A DNA stretch of 64,000 nucleotides from Acidobacteriota bacterium. Its GTDB lineage: Bacteria; Acidobacteriota; CAIWXX01. Within the stretch, counting starts at the first letter, position 1. Every line of letters starts with the position of its first letter. Below, piece by piece: positions 50,920-60,937 of this stretch. Both the position numbers and the translations under genes were made by a program. The stretch is from NCBI GenBank assembly GCA_016191015.1, contig JACPPM010000078.1, positions 1,887 through 65,886 of the forward strand, read 5' to 3'. Below the pieces are notes generated by a model. It saw only the letters and a program-made list of their open reading frames with translations, was not told where the DNA came from and made no database searches.

Positions 50920-51720
50920 ATGGATATCACTTCGGTCGGCGGTCTCATCCTGGGGATCTTCGCGGTGCTGCTGGGGCAAGCGCTCGAGGGAGGCAGCATC
51001 ATGTCGATTGTCCAGCCGACGGCGGCCTTGATCGTGTTTGGCGGCACGATCGGCGCGACCGTCCTGGGCTTCCCCCTGCGGGTAGTTCTGCAGGCCGCCC
51101 GGAGTGTCTCCTCGGTGTTCAAGGAAAAGAATGTTGCTCCGGAACGCATGATCGAGGAGATCCTGGCGTTCGCGAACAAGGCGCGCCGGGAAGGGATCAT
51201 TTCGCTGGAGCCTGAGATGCAGCGAGTCAAGAATTCCTTTCTGAAGAAGGCGCTGACGATGGCAATCGACGGTACGGATCCGAAGGTGCTCAAGGAGACG
51301 ATGGAGACCGAGCTGGCTCACATGGAGGAGCACGGAGAGATGCCGTCGAAAGTATTCGAGGCGGCCGGTGGTTTTGCGCCCACCATCGGGATCCTCGGCG
51401 CCGTCCTCGGGCTCATTCACGTCATGGAGAACCTGGCGGACCCCTCCAAGCTCGGAGAAGGAATCGCCGTCGCGTTCGTCGCGACGGTCTACGGTGTCGG
51501 CACGGCCAACCTGGTATTCCTGCCGATCGCATCGAAGCTCAAAGCCAAGCATCGCATCGAGATGGCGTTGCACGAGATGCTGCTGCAGGGTGCCATGTCC
51601 GTCCAGGAGGGGCTCAACCCGCGCATCATCGAGGAGAAGCTGCTCGCGTTCCTGAACGAGGAACAGAAAGCGCGATGGAAGAGCAAGGTCGATGCGGCAG
51701 CGAAACGAAAGGCGGCGTGA
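50920..51720 (+). CDS. motA: Flagellar motor stator protein MotA
   Basis: 266 aa, four TM segments. Conserved plug and TM3-4 region (AAGGFAPTIGILGAVLGLIHVM, TVYGVGTANLVFLPIASKL). Confidence 0.8.
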   Translation: MDITSVGGLILGIFAVLLGQALEGGSIMSIVQPTAALIVFGGTIGATVLGFPLRVVLQAARSVSSVFKEKNVAPERMIEEILAFANKARREGIISLEPEMQRVKNSFLKKALTMAIDGTDPKVLKETMETELAHMEEHGEMPSKVFEAAGGFAPTIGILGAVLGLIHVMENLADPSKLGEGIAVAFVATVYGVGTANLVFLPIASKLKAKHRIEMALHEMLLQGAMSVQEGLNPRIIEEKLLAFLNEEQKARWKSKVDAAAKRKAA

Positions 51721-52599
51721 ATGTCCAGAAAGAGACCCGACGATCATCCGAACCACGAGAGGTGGCTCGTCTCGTACGCTGACTTCATTACGCTTCTGTT
51801 CGCGTTTTTCACGGTTCTCTACGCGATCTCATCGGTCGATTCGAAGAAGATGAACCGGCTTGTGATGGCGATGCAGATGGCGTTCGATACGCAGGGATTC
51901 CCGGGCAAGGACTCGAAAATCGGTCTGTCACAGAGCGAGAGCTCGCCCACGATCGCCGAACAGCTCAGCCAGGGTATCCTTCCTCCATCGGTGACAGCCA
52001 CGTCACGGCGAATCAACCCGAACCCGAGCAAGGCAATTGGGGTCGACAGGAAGAATTTCGACATCGACATCATCAAGGCGAGGGTGGAAGAGGCGATCAG
52101 GGAGGAAATCCTGACCGGCAAAGTCAGTGTTCTCCAAGAGGATCGCGGGCTGGTTGTCTCGCTGGCCGAACACGGCTTCTTCGATTCGGGGAAGGCCTTC
52201 GTCAGACCGGATGCGCTGCCGATCCTGGACAAGCTCGCCTCCTCACTCTCCGGCCTGCCCAACCATGTCCGCATCGAGGGCCACACGGACAACATGCCGA
52301 TCAACACGGCGCAGTTTCCCTCGAATTGGGAGCTATCGACGGCGCGAGCGACCTTCATCATCCAGTACATGCTCTCGAGATTCCGCTTCCCCCCCGAAAC
52401 CCTCTCGGCCGCAGGCTACGGCGAATACAGGCCGGTCGCGACCAACGACACTCCCGCGGGGCGCGCCAAGAACCGTCGCGTCGACATCGTCATCCTCAAC
52501 GAAATCTATACCGAACGCGAGGAACCGGTTCCGTACACGGAGAGCACCGGCCCGAGCCAAGTCGAGGCCCCTCCCGAGCTCAGCAAAGCGGCACTCTGA
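51721..52599 (+). CDS. motB: Flagellar motor stator protein MotB (OmpA-like C-terminus)
   Basis: N-terminal WLVSYADFITLLFAFF plug and TM. C-terminal OmpA/PG-binding domain (RIEGHTDN...SNWELSTARA...GYGEYRPVATNDTPAGRAKNRRVDI). Confidence 0.8.
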   Translation: MSRKRPDDHPNHERWLVSYADFITLLFAFFTVLYAISSVDSKKMNRLVMAMQMAFDTQGFPGKDSKIGLSQSESSPTIAEQLSQGILPPSVTATSRRINPNPSKAIGVDRKNFDIDIIKARVEEAIREEILTGKVSVLQEDRGLVVSLAEHGFFDSGKAFVRPDALPILDKLASSLSGLPNHVRIEGHTDNMPINTAQFPSNWELSTARATFIIQYMLSRFRFPPETLSAAGYGEYRPVATNDTPAGRAKNRRVDIVILNEIYTEREEPVPYTESTGPSQVEAPPELSKAAL

Positions 52600-52629
52600 C
52601 GTCCGCATCCTACGACAGATTGGCCTGCC

Positions 52630-52863
52630 GGCCATCTTCGCAGGGCTGCGGCAAAGTCGAGGCGCCGACTCGGGCGAGGCCGTTCCGTGCGAAACCGCAG
52701 ATGGCGCAGATTTCCGCGCAGATTACGCAGATTTTACCAGCATTCAACCGACGAGCAACTTGCTCCTCACTCTCGGGTCGGCGCGAAGCAATCGGCGATA
52801 TCTGCGAGTCAATCTGTGAAATCTGCGGTTTCCGGGACTTTGCCGTAGTCTTGGCCATCTTCG
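52630..52863. mobile_element. MITE-like 212-bp element, copy D (52641..52852), flanked by its 11-bp target-site duplication ggccatcttcg
   Basis: Termini cagggctgcggcaaagtc ... gactttgccgtagtctt. The direct repeat ggccatcttcg sits at 52630-52640 and 52853-52863. Inverted relative to copy B. The spurious ORFs 52610..52900(-) and the 3' part of 52326..52916(+) lie on it. Confidence 0.8.
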
Positions 52864-53012
52864 TCCCCGGGTGGCAGCGACCCGGTTCTGCTGGTACCAT
52901 AGGAGCACCGGTATGATCTCTCTCGTGCGAGACACTTCGGTAGGAGGTTCAATCGCCAGATGCTGCGTCTTTCATCCTACACACTGACCGTACCGACTCC
53001 GGGTGGCGGTGG

Positions 53013-53729
53013 ATGAGCCTCGCCGTTCTCCGCGGCGTGGTCCGCCGCTATCCACCGTACATCTGGCTCGTCGGCTACCTGGCCGATCGGACGTACACCG
53101 AATTTCGAGACAAGTGCCGCTACATCTCCGGGCGCCTGATCGACATCGGCTGCGGCGAGAAGCCCAGCGAATCACTCTGGGCTCCCGTCGTCAGCGAGCA
53201 CATTGGTGTCGATCACGAAGGAACCTGCCACGATAGGTCTAAGATCGACATATTTGGATCGGCATATTCGATCCCCGTGGCTGACGCATCGTTCGACTCA
53301 GCCATCTGTACGGCGGTGCTCGAGCATCTTGAGGAACCTGAGCTCGCGATCCGCGAGTGTCATCGCGTTCTGAAGCCTGGAGGGACCGCCATCTATGCCG
53401 TTCCATTCATCTGGCACCTGCATGAGGCACCGCGCGATTTCTTCAGGTTCTCTAAGTTCGGCCTCGAATACCTGTTCACGAAGGTTGGATTCGAGATTGT
53501 GGAGCTGAGAGCTCTGTCTGGATTCTGGGCAACATTCGGACAGCTTCTCGTCTACAACCTCTATCGGTTGAACCGAGGGCCGCTGCGCTGGTTGCGGATT
53601 ATCGACGCACTCGGAATCATGCTCCAGCTCTTCGCCTACTGCCTGGACCGTATCGATACAACCTATGACTGGACGTGGATGTACGTCGTCGTCGCGCGGA
53701 AGAAATCGTCAACTGCTCCGTCTCCGTGA
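53013..53729 (+). CDS. Class I SAM-dependent methyltransferase
   Basis: 238 aa. Motif I IDIGCGEK. Post-I acidic residue. Methyltransf_11-like (LEHLEEP). Confidence 0.7.
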   Translation: MSLAVLRGVVRRYPPYIWLVGYLADRTYTEFRDKCRYISGRLIDIGCGEKPSESLWAPVVSEHIGVDHEGTCHDRSKIDIFGSAYSIPVADASFDSAICTAVLEHLEEPELAIRECHRVLKPGGTAIYAVPFIWHLHEAPRDFFRFSKFGLEYLFTKVGFEIVELRALSGFWATFGQLLVYNLYRLNRGPLRWLRIIDALGIMLQLFAYCLDRIDTTYDWTWMYVVVARKKSSTAPSP

Positions 53730-55186
53730 TGGACACCCTCCGCGTCCGAACGGTCGCAGCGCTCTCCTGGAGCGCGCTTGCGTACGTGGGAAAACAGGGG
53801 CTCGGTTTCGGCGTTGCCATCCTTCTGGCGCGGCTCCTCACTCCCCGTGATTTCGGCCTCGTCGGCATGGCCATGGTCTTTGTCGGTATCACCCAGACGA
53901 TTGGCGATCTCGGACTCGGCCCGGCTCTAATCCAGAGACCGAACCCCGAGATCCGCCACCTGAATGCCGCCTTCTGGATGAGCGTGAGCACGGGTCTATT
54001 CGCCACCACGATCATGATCGCGGCTGCACCCCTGATCAGCCGCTTCTACCGGCAGCCGTCTCTTACCCCGCTTCTCCTGGTCCTTGCAATCAACGCATTC
54101 GTCACTTCGACCGGTTGTGTCAGCTCCGCCTTGCTCCAGAAACATCTGAGCTTCCGTCGAATCGCCGGCATCGAAATCGCGTCGACGCTGATCACGGGAG
54201 CGATCGTGGTGACGATGGCCGCGACCGGCTGCGGGGTGTGGAGTCTCGTCGCCCAGATCGTCATCAGCAACCTCCTCAATGTCGTCCTGACATTGAGGGC
54301 CGCAGCGTGGCGCCCGACCATGCACGTCGAGCTCACCGCGGCGCGCGAACTGCTCCGGTTCAGCTTGCCCCTGCTTGGCTTCCACGTGATGAACTACGGC
54401 GTGAGGAATGCCGACAACCTGATCATCGGCCGATCGCTCGGCTCCGCCGCCCTCGGACTCTATGGCCGCGCCTACAACCTCATGGCCCTGCCCGTCAGCC
54501 AGGTCTCGGCCATCATCTCAACAGTCATGCTCCCAGCCCTCTCCTCAATCCAGCAGGACATCGACCGCGTCAGACAGGCCTACCTACGCGCGATCAGCAT
54601 CATCGGCCTCGCCGGGTTCCCGGTCATGATCGGGCTCCTCGCCATCGCCCGCCCATTCATTCTCGTCTTCTTCGGCGATCAATGGGTGGAGACCATTCCC
54701 GTCCTGCAGGTTCTGTGCGTGATCGGCGTGGCACAGGTCATCGGCACCACCGTTGGCTGGATCTACGTATCGCAGGCCAGGACTGACCTCATGCTGAAGT
54801 GGGGTGTCGCGTCGGGCTTTGTGTACATCACGGCATTCATCATCGGCGTCCGCTGGGGAATCGTTGGGGTGGCGTCTGCGTACGTCCTGAGCGGCTACGT
54901 GCTTCTGCTGTATCCTGGTTGGGCCATACCGGCCCGGCTGATCAACCTGAGTTTCGGCGCAATGGTCCGGGCCGTCGCGGCGCCGTTTGGTTGCGCATGT
55001 GCCATGGGCGCGGTCGCATGGGGAGTCGGGCAGCTGTTGCCCGACGCGTTGCCGTTGTGGGGCATCCTGTTCGCACAGATCGCCGCGGGCGCCGTCTCCT
55101 ACACTCTCCTGATCGCGTCGCTGCAGCTCCGAGCCTTCGCCGAGCTGAAACAGCTGGTCCGTGAGCGGCTCCGTGAGCGGATTTGA
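53729..55186 (+). CDS. Polysaccharide biosynthesis protein / Wzx-like MOP flippase
   Basis: Start at the internal Met MDTLRVRTVAALSW, which overlaps the previous stop (TGATG). About 12-14 TM helices. Wzx-family N-terminal pattern. Confidence 0.7.
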   Translation: MDTLRVRTVAALSWSALAYVGKQGLGFGVAILLARLLTPRDFGLVGMAMVFVGITQTIGDLGLGPALIQRPNPEIRHLNAAFWMSVSTGLFATTIMIAAAPLISRFYRQPSLTPLLLVLAINAFVTSTGCVSSALLQKHLSFRRIAGIEIASTLITGAIVVTMAATGCGVWSLVAQIVISNLLNVVLTLRAAAWRPTMHVELTAARELLRFSLPLLGFHVMNYGVRNADNLIIGRSLGSAALGLYGRAYNLMALPVSQVSAIISTVMLPALSSIQQDIDRVRQAYLRAISIIGLAGFPVMIGLLAIARPFILVFFGDQWVETIPVLQVLCVIGVAQVIGTTVGWIYVSQARTDLMLKWGVASGFVYITAFIIGVRWGIVGVASAYVLSGYVLLLYPGWAIPARLINLSFGAMVRAVAAPFGCACAMGAVAWGVGQLLPDALPLWGILFAQIAAGAVSYTLLIASLQLRAFAELKQLVRERLRERI

Positions 55187-55235
55187 CGACGGTGATTCAC
55201 GTCTGGCAAAGTGCCTGCCACAGGACTGAGCCGCG

Positions 55236-56474
55236 ATGAACTACCTGTACATCTCATTTTTCCTGCCTCCCTTGGGCGGGGCGGAGCCGCGGCACAATCT
55301 GAGCGTGATTCGAAGGCTCTACGCTCGAGGATACACTCCACTGGCCGTCACAGCTCCTCTGGATTTCGATCACCCGCGCGATCCGGCACTCGAGGCCCTC
55401 CTGCCCGAAGGAACGAGACTCAGGCGCGTCAGGTGGGGCGGCAAGAAGTACGGTGGACGGGTCAGGGAGATCTGCGGTGTGCCGGCGAACCCACTGGGGT
55501 TCGGTCGTTGGCGCCGCCTCTACAGGGCCGCCAGGGACGAGATCCGCACGGGAAGCCCCGCATTCATCTACTCTGTCCATGGAATCGGGGCCGCGCATCT
55601 TGCCGCCCTTCGCCTCAAGCGAGACACCGGACTGCCTTGGGTGGCCGAATTCCGTGATCCCTGGTCTCAGAACGCCATAGCCTGGAGGTACATGCGGGAC
55701 AAGTCGTGGCGCTGGTGGTATCGCGCCTGCCTTGCCCGTACCAGGTCCCTCACGGCTCGTGTCGCCAAAGAGGCGGATCTGATCGTCGTCGAGTCCCCCA
55801 TGCACGGAGACGCCCTCGTCGCTGATTTCGGCGCACAAAGAAACAAGGTGGTTTCTCACGGCATGGGATTCGAGCCGGATTACTTCACGGATCGTGCCGT
55901 CGATGTCGTGGATCTCCCTCGCCGACCGGTGATCGGGTACCTGGGGTACGTGTACTACGGGCACGAACAGGTGGTCGGCAACTTCGTGGCCGCCTTGCGC
56001 AAGCTGGAGCAGAGGGGGGTCAGGTTCACCCTGCTCACCGCAGGTGACGGCTCAGGTCTATTCAGCAGGTGTGCCATCGAGGCCGGGCTGGAGAGCCATG
56101 TCCCACTCGCCCGCCTCCCGCTCACCACCGCCCTCTCACTCATGCGACAGCTCGATTTCGGTCTCGTCTGCCGGATCCCCGAAGACCGGTGCAATATCAA
56201 CAGCAAGCTTTGGGAGTACCTCCAGGCCGGCGTGTCACTGCTCGCGCTCGTGCCCCCAGACGGCGCCATGGCCGCTCTGATCGAGGAGGGCGCCTGCGGA
56301 TACATGCTTCCCTATGACGCTGACGCCATGGCCGGCGCCATCTCGCACGCCCTCGAAGATTTCCGCGCGGGCACGACGCAACGGGCCAGTCCCGAATTCG
56401 TCGCTCGCTACTCCTCCGAGCGCATCGTCGACGCCCTGGCGTCGAAGATCCGCGAGATCGTCGGGCCGCGATGA
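55236..56474 (+). CDS. Glycosyltransferase (GT4-like)
   Basis: 412 aa. The N-domain block VAEFRDPW is characteristic of the GT4 N-terminal domain. Confidence 0.55.
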   Translation: MNYLYISFFLPPLGGAEPRHNLSVIRRLYARGYTPLAVTAPLDFDHPRDPALEALLPEGTRLRRVRWGGKKYGGRVREICGVPANPLGFGRWRRLYRAARDEIRTGSPAFIYSVHGIGAAHLAALRLKRDTGLPWVAEFRDPWSQNAIAWRYMRDKSWRWWYRACLARTRSLTARVAKEADLIVVESPMHGDALVADFGAQRNKVVSHGMGFEPDYFTDRAVDVVDLPRRPVIGYLGYVYYGHEQVVGNFVAALRKLEQRGVRFTLLTAGDGSGLFSRCAIEAGLESHVPLARLPLTTALSLMRQLDFGLVCRIPEDRCNINSKLWEYLQAGVSLLALVPPDGAMAALIEEGACGYMLPYDADAMAGAISHALEDFRAGTTQRASPEFVARYSSERIVDALASKIREIVGPR

Positions 56475-57646
56475 TGGCTGCGGGGGAGTCTCCCGATCCC
56501 ATCGTGGTCGTGCACAGCTTTCCCGTCTGGCTGCCCCTCACGCAAACCTGGATGTATAATCAGGTTACATATCTACCGTCCTCGGTCGATGCTCACGTGG
56601 CATGCCTGAGCACTCAGAATCTGGACCAATTCGGACTCTCTCGAATCCACAGCCTCTCGGATCAACCGCTCTGGAGACAGCTCTGGGAGAAGGGGATCAG
56701 GCGACTCAGACGGCAGCACCACTCGAGGTGGCTCGAGCGGGTGGTCGAGCGGACGCATGCCGAGATCATCCACTCCCACTTCGGTGATATCGGATGGGCC
56801 GATGCGGGCACCGCGAAAAGTGCCGCGAGCCGGCACGTGGTGACGTTTTATGGCTATGAGGTGAACTACCTCCCCTGTCATGACCCTGTGTGGCGGGGGA
56901 GGTACCGTGAGCTTTTCGCTTCTGTGGATCGCGTCCTCTGCGAAGGGCCGCATATGGCCCGCTGCGTCACAGCCATGGGATGCCCTGAGAGCAAGATCCG
57001 CGTGCATCACCTCGGTGTGCCGCTGGATCGAATCCCGTACCGCCCGAGGCGGTGGATCCCCACCGAGCCCCTCCGGATTCTGATAGCTGCGTCATTCCAG
57101 GAAAAGAAGGGGATTCCTGATGCGATCGAAGCGACGGCGAGGCTGCGCGCCGACGTGCCGCTTGAGATCACCGTCATCGGGGACGCCAACGCGGAGCCTC
57201 GCAGCCAAGCCGAGAAGCGCAAGATCCTGGAGACCATCGAAAGGTGCGCCATGTCGGCCAGCGTCAGGCTGCTTGGCTATCAGCCCTACGCCCGCCTGAT
57301 GGAGGAATGCTATCGGCACCATCTCTTCCTGCATCCGAGTCTCACATCTGCCGATGGCGACACGGAAGGAGGAGCTCCGGTGACGCTGATCGAGATGGCC
57401 GCGAGCGGGATGCCGGTCGTCAGTACGGCACATTGCGACATTCCCGAGGTCATTCTCCACGGTACGACGGGATTGCTGGCGCAGGAGCGTGATGTCGACG
57501 GCCTTGTCGCTCAGCTCAGGCATCTGATCGAGACCCCTGATTGCTGGGGGGATCTGGTCATGGCGGCGCGCCTGCGGCTGGAGCAGGAGTATGACGCCGC
57601 AAAGCAGGGCTCGCGGCTCGCGGCGATTTACTCGGAGCTTGTCTGA
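56471..57646 (+). CDS. Glycosyltransferase family 4
   Basis: C-terminal GT4 catalytic domain: IAASFQEKKG...EGGAPVTLIEMAASGMPVVSTAHCDIPEVI...GLL. Confidence 0.7.
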   Translation: MMAAGESPDPIVVVHSFPVWLPLTQTWMYNQVTYLPSSVDAHVACLSTQNLDQFGLSRIHSLSDQPLWRQLWEKGIRRLRRQHHSRWLERVVERTHAEIIHSHFGDIGWADAGTAKSAASRHVVTFYGYEVNYLPCHDPVWRGRYRELFASVDRVLCEGPHMARCVTAMGCPESKIRVHHLGVPLDRIPYRPRRWIPTEPLRILIAASFQEKKGIPDAIEATARLRADVPLEITVIGDANAEPRSQAEKRKILETIERCAMSASVRLLGYQPYARLMEECYRHHLFLHPSLTSADGDTEGGAPVTLIEMAASGMPVVSTAHCDIPEVILHGTTGLLAQERDVDGLVAQLRHLIETPDCWGDLVMAARLRLEQEYDAAKQGSRLAAIYSELV

Positions 57647-59733
57647 TGGACGAATTGGACCGAATTCGCGCCGAGTATCGTAGACGAGACAGTGGAGCAT
57701 TGGCCGAGGTTTACAGCAGTGCCAATCCGGCGTTCGCATTCCATGTTCAGGAGCGCGAGGCGGCAGTGTTGAAGATCCTCCAGGACCGGCACGTGGCTCT
57801 GGCGGGTGCTCGAATCCTGGAGGTGGGATGTGGAACAGGTCATATCCTTAAGCGCTTCCTCGACCTCGGTGCAGCCGAGGCGCACGGAGTTGATCTGAGT
57901 GACGTGCGACTCAACGAGGGAATGAAGGGAGGTGCTGCGGTGCGCCTCGTTCAGGCCAACGCTGCAACGCTGCCATACAAAGGGCAGACGTTCGATATCG
58001 TGATGCAGTTCACCTGCCTGAGCTCTGTCCTCGACCCCGTCATGCGCCGACGGATCGCGGAGGAGATGTGGCGGGTCGTGCGGCCGGGCGGCGCCATGCT
58101 TCACTATGACATGCGCCCGACCCCTCACTCTGTGCGTCTGGCGCGCTTTCTGATCCGAGCCCTCCGGTGGATCGTGCGGTTGGGCCGCCCGGACCCGGCT
58201 CAGGCTCGCCCCGAGTCGCGTGCGACGCCAATCGTGATGCTGGGGGCGCGTGGTGTACGCGGGTTGTATCCACACCCGTTTGTGCGTTCGGTCTCACTCG
58301 ATTTCAGTATCGCCTACGTGGCGCGGTATTCCGTGACGCTCACCCGGCTTCTTTCCTGGTTGCCCCCGCTGCGCACGCATCTTCTCGCGCTTGCGATCAA
58401 ACCCACGAGCAGAGCGCAATCGCACGCCTCGATCCCAGCCTCCCCAGTCCCCGGCACCTCTCGAGATAGCGGCGTGAAGAAGACAAAAGCCGTTCTGGTT
58501 ACGCCCACATTGGGGTACGGAGGAGCCGAGCAGCAGGTGGTGCTGCTCGCGCGGAAGCTGGACAAGAGCCGCTTCGACATCGTCGTGCAGTGCGTCTTCG
58601 CGAGAGGCCCGTACGCATCGGTTCTCGGTGAGATCGGCGTCAGAGTCCGCGGCGGATTCACCGTCTTCGCACTCCCATGGCTGGCGTATCAATCGCTCAA
58701 GCGATGGCTCTCCGCGTCCGGAAGAGGGCAGCGATCGTCGGACTCTGCGACGGCGCTGGAGAGCCTGCCGGGGAGCCGCACGGTATCGTGGGCGGCGAAG
58801 ACCAACGAGTGGATCAGCGAGGCCCTATACAATCTCGCCGTTATCGCACTGTGCCGGGACTTCTTCCTGGAACCGCCCGATGTCGTGCATGCCTGGCAGA
58901 ATCACTCCAAGATGGCGCTGCTGGCGGCGCGGCTCGCAGGCTGTCGCGCGACGTGCTACACCGAGGTATGCCTCGTCGACGATTTCCTGAGCTCCGTACA
59001 GAGACGGATCCTGATCCGGCGACTGAGCCGGACGTCGAGGGTGATAGCGATGTCGGAGGCCGTCAAGGGACATTTGATGCGGCACGGGATTACAGCAGCG
59101 CGAATCGACGTGGTACCGGCGATGATCGACTATCGCATCGCCGCCGATCCGGTCCCGGCGGACGCGGGATTGCCTCGCATGGGTGTCGTCGGGAGGCTCG
59201 TGGAAGGCAAGGGCCACAGCTTCCTCATTGAGGCGATGCAGGAGGTTCACAGCCGATATCCGGAAGCTCGGCTGACAGTCGCGGGGGCCGGACCGTTGAG
59301 GGACAGCCTGGAGGCGCGCGCGCGTGCGCTGGGGGTGGAACGGAGCGTCGCATTTACCGGGGATTTCGAGAATCTTTCCGATGTCATGCGCGGCTTCGAA
59401 ATATTCGTTCTGCCCTCTCTCTCGGAAGGCATGCCCGTGACGATCCTCGAGGCGATGACCCACGGCAAAGCCGTCGTGGCGACGCGTGTGGGAGGCGTGC
59501 CGGAAGAGATCATCGACGGCGAAACCGGCCTCCTCGTCCCACCGGCCGACCCCGGTGCGCTCGCTCAGGCGCTCTGCAAGCTGCTCGGCGACCCGGCGCG
59601 AGTCCGACAGCTGGGAGGGCGCGGGCGCCGTCGGGCGCAGGAAGTCTTCAGCGCGGAGGTCGTGACCCGGCGGGTTGAGGCAATCTACGACGAGATCACG
59701 GAGTCGTCCCGTAGCGGGAATCGTGTCGGCTAG
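57646..59733 (+). CDS. Bifunctional fusion: N-terminal class I SAM methyltransferase plus C-terminal GT4 glycosyltransferase
   Basis: 695 aa. MTase motif I ILEVGCGTGH. GT4 domain LPSLSEGMPVTILEAMTHGKAVVATRVGGVPEEIIDGETGLL. Confidence 0.65.
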   Translation: MDELDRIRAEYRRRDSGALAEVYSSANPAFAFHVQEREAAVLKILQDRHVALAGARILEVGCGTGHILKRFLDLGAAEAHGVDLSDVRLNEGMKGGAAVRLVQANAATLPYKGQTFDIVMQFTCLSSVLDPVMRRRIAEEMWRVVRPGGAMLHYDMRPTPHSVRLARFLIRALRWIVRLGRPDPAQARPESRATPIVMLGARGVRGLYPHPFVRSVSLDFSIAYVARYSVTLTRLLSWLPPLRTHLLALAIKPTSRAQSHASIPASPVPGTSRDSGVKKTKAVLVTPTLGYGGAEQQVVLLARKLDKSRFDIVVQCVFARGPYASVLGEIGVRVRGGFTVFALPWLAYQSLKRWLSASGRGQRSSDSATALESLPGSRTVSWAAKTNEWISEALYNLAVIALCRDFFLEPPDVVHAWQNHSKMALLAARLAGCRATCYTEVCLVDDFLSSVQRRILIRRLSRTSRVIAMSEAVKGHLMRHGITAARIDVVPAMIDYRIAADPVPADAGLPRMGVVGRLVEGKGHSFLIEAMQEVHSRYPEARLTVAGAGPLRDSLEARARALGVERSVAFTGDFENLSDVMRGFEIFVLPSLSEGMPVTILEAMTHGKAVVATRVGGVPEEIIDGETGLLVPPADPGALAQALCKLLGDPARVRQLGGRGRRRAQEVFSAEVVTRRVEAIYDEITESSRSGNRVG

Positions 59734-59773
59734 CCGGGCCTCGCAAGACACTCTCGTGCCCATTCACGAGCTC

Positions 59774-60925
59774 CTACGAGAGGCCGGCGAGAGCGCGCAT
59801 CAAGGACGTCGCCACATACTTCACCTGCGCAGCGGTCATGTGCGGGTACAACGGCAGTGTGAGGAGGCGAGGGGCAATGCGATCGAGGACCGGCAGGCGC
59901 GGGCCGGCTCCGAAGGTCTCCCTGTAAAACGTGAATGTGTGGATCGGCCGATAATGGATACTGGTCTGGATCCCATGGCCGCGAAGGCGCGTCATCACGG
60001 CGAGGCGATCCGCGCCTTCGGGCAGCAGGACCGGCATGATGTGATAGGCGGGAGTGCCGCGCGCTTTCTGGAAGGGGACGGTGAGGCCGGGGATTTGAGC
60101 CAGATCACGAAGGTACAATTTCACGATTCTCTCGCGGCGTGCATTCTGTGCGCGGAGCCTGCGGAGCTGAGCAAGTCCCAGTGCCGCGCGCAGATCGTCC
60201 ATTCGGTAGTTGGTGAAAGCCATGACGACGTCATACGTGAAGGAATGGCCCCGATGCCGCTCGTAGCTTAGCGTGGTCATGCCATGGGACCGCATCAGCC
60301 GCATCCGTTCGGCCAGCTCCGTGTTCGCCGTCGTGATCATGCCCCCCTCGGCTGTGGTGATGTTCTTGTTCGAGTAGAAGCTGAAGCAGCCGATGTCGCC
60401 GATGGCGCCGCAGCTCTTCCGTCCGATCCCTGCGCCGATGGCATGGGCCGCATCTTCGACGACGGCAATCCCTTTGTCCTTCACGATTCGCCGGATCGGT
60501 GAAAGGTCCACGGCATGGCCGGCGTAGTCGACGATGGCAAGCGCGCGCGTGCGCGGTGTGATCTTGGCGATCACATCGTCCAACGAGATCGTCAGTCTCG
60601 ATTCACTCTCGGAATCGACAAAAACCGGTGTCGCACCGGTCATCACGATCGCGTTCGCGGTGGCGACGAATGAGAGGGAGGGGCAGAGCACTTCGTCGCC
60701 GGGGCCGAGGCCGAGCGCGGCGTAGGCGAGATGGAGCGCGGCGGTGCCGGATGCAACGGCCAGAGCGTGCGGCACCCCGACCAACTCCGCCACGGCTCGC
60801 TCGAACCGCTCCGTGGCCGGCCCCGTCGTAATCCAGTTTGTCCTCATCGTCCGCTCGACCGCGCGCAAATCCGCGGCGGTCAACCGCAGATCGAAGAGCG
60901 GCACTTTCCATCGCATTCCAGTCAA
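59774..60925 (-). CDS. DegT/DnrJ/EryC1/StrS family PLP-dependent aminotransferase (PseC-like sugar aminotransferase)
   Basis: 383 aa. The PLP-lysine region SFYSNKNITTAEGG and GTAAL are present. An assignment to PseC specifically is contextual. Confidence 0.7.
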   Translation of the reverse strand: MTGMRWKVPLFDLRLTAADLRAVERTMRTNWITTGPATERFERAVAELVGVPHALAVASGTAALHLAYAALGLGPGDEVLCPSLSFVATANAIVMTGATPVFVDSESESRLTISLDDVIAKITPRTRALAIVDYAGHAVDLSPIRRIVKDKGIAVVEDAAHAIGAGIGRKSCGAIGDIGCFSFYSNKNITTAEGGMITTANTELAERMRLMRSHGMTTLSYERHRGHSFTYDVVMAFTNYRMDDLRAALGLAQLRRLRAQNARRERIVKLYLRDLAQIPGLTVPFQKARGTPAYHIMPVLLPEGADRLAVMTRLRGHGIQTSIHYRPIHTFTFYRETFGAGPRLPVLDRIAPRLLTLPLYPHMTAAQVKYVATSLMRALAGLS

Positions 60926-60937
60926 CCCTCCTCCCCT

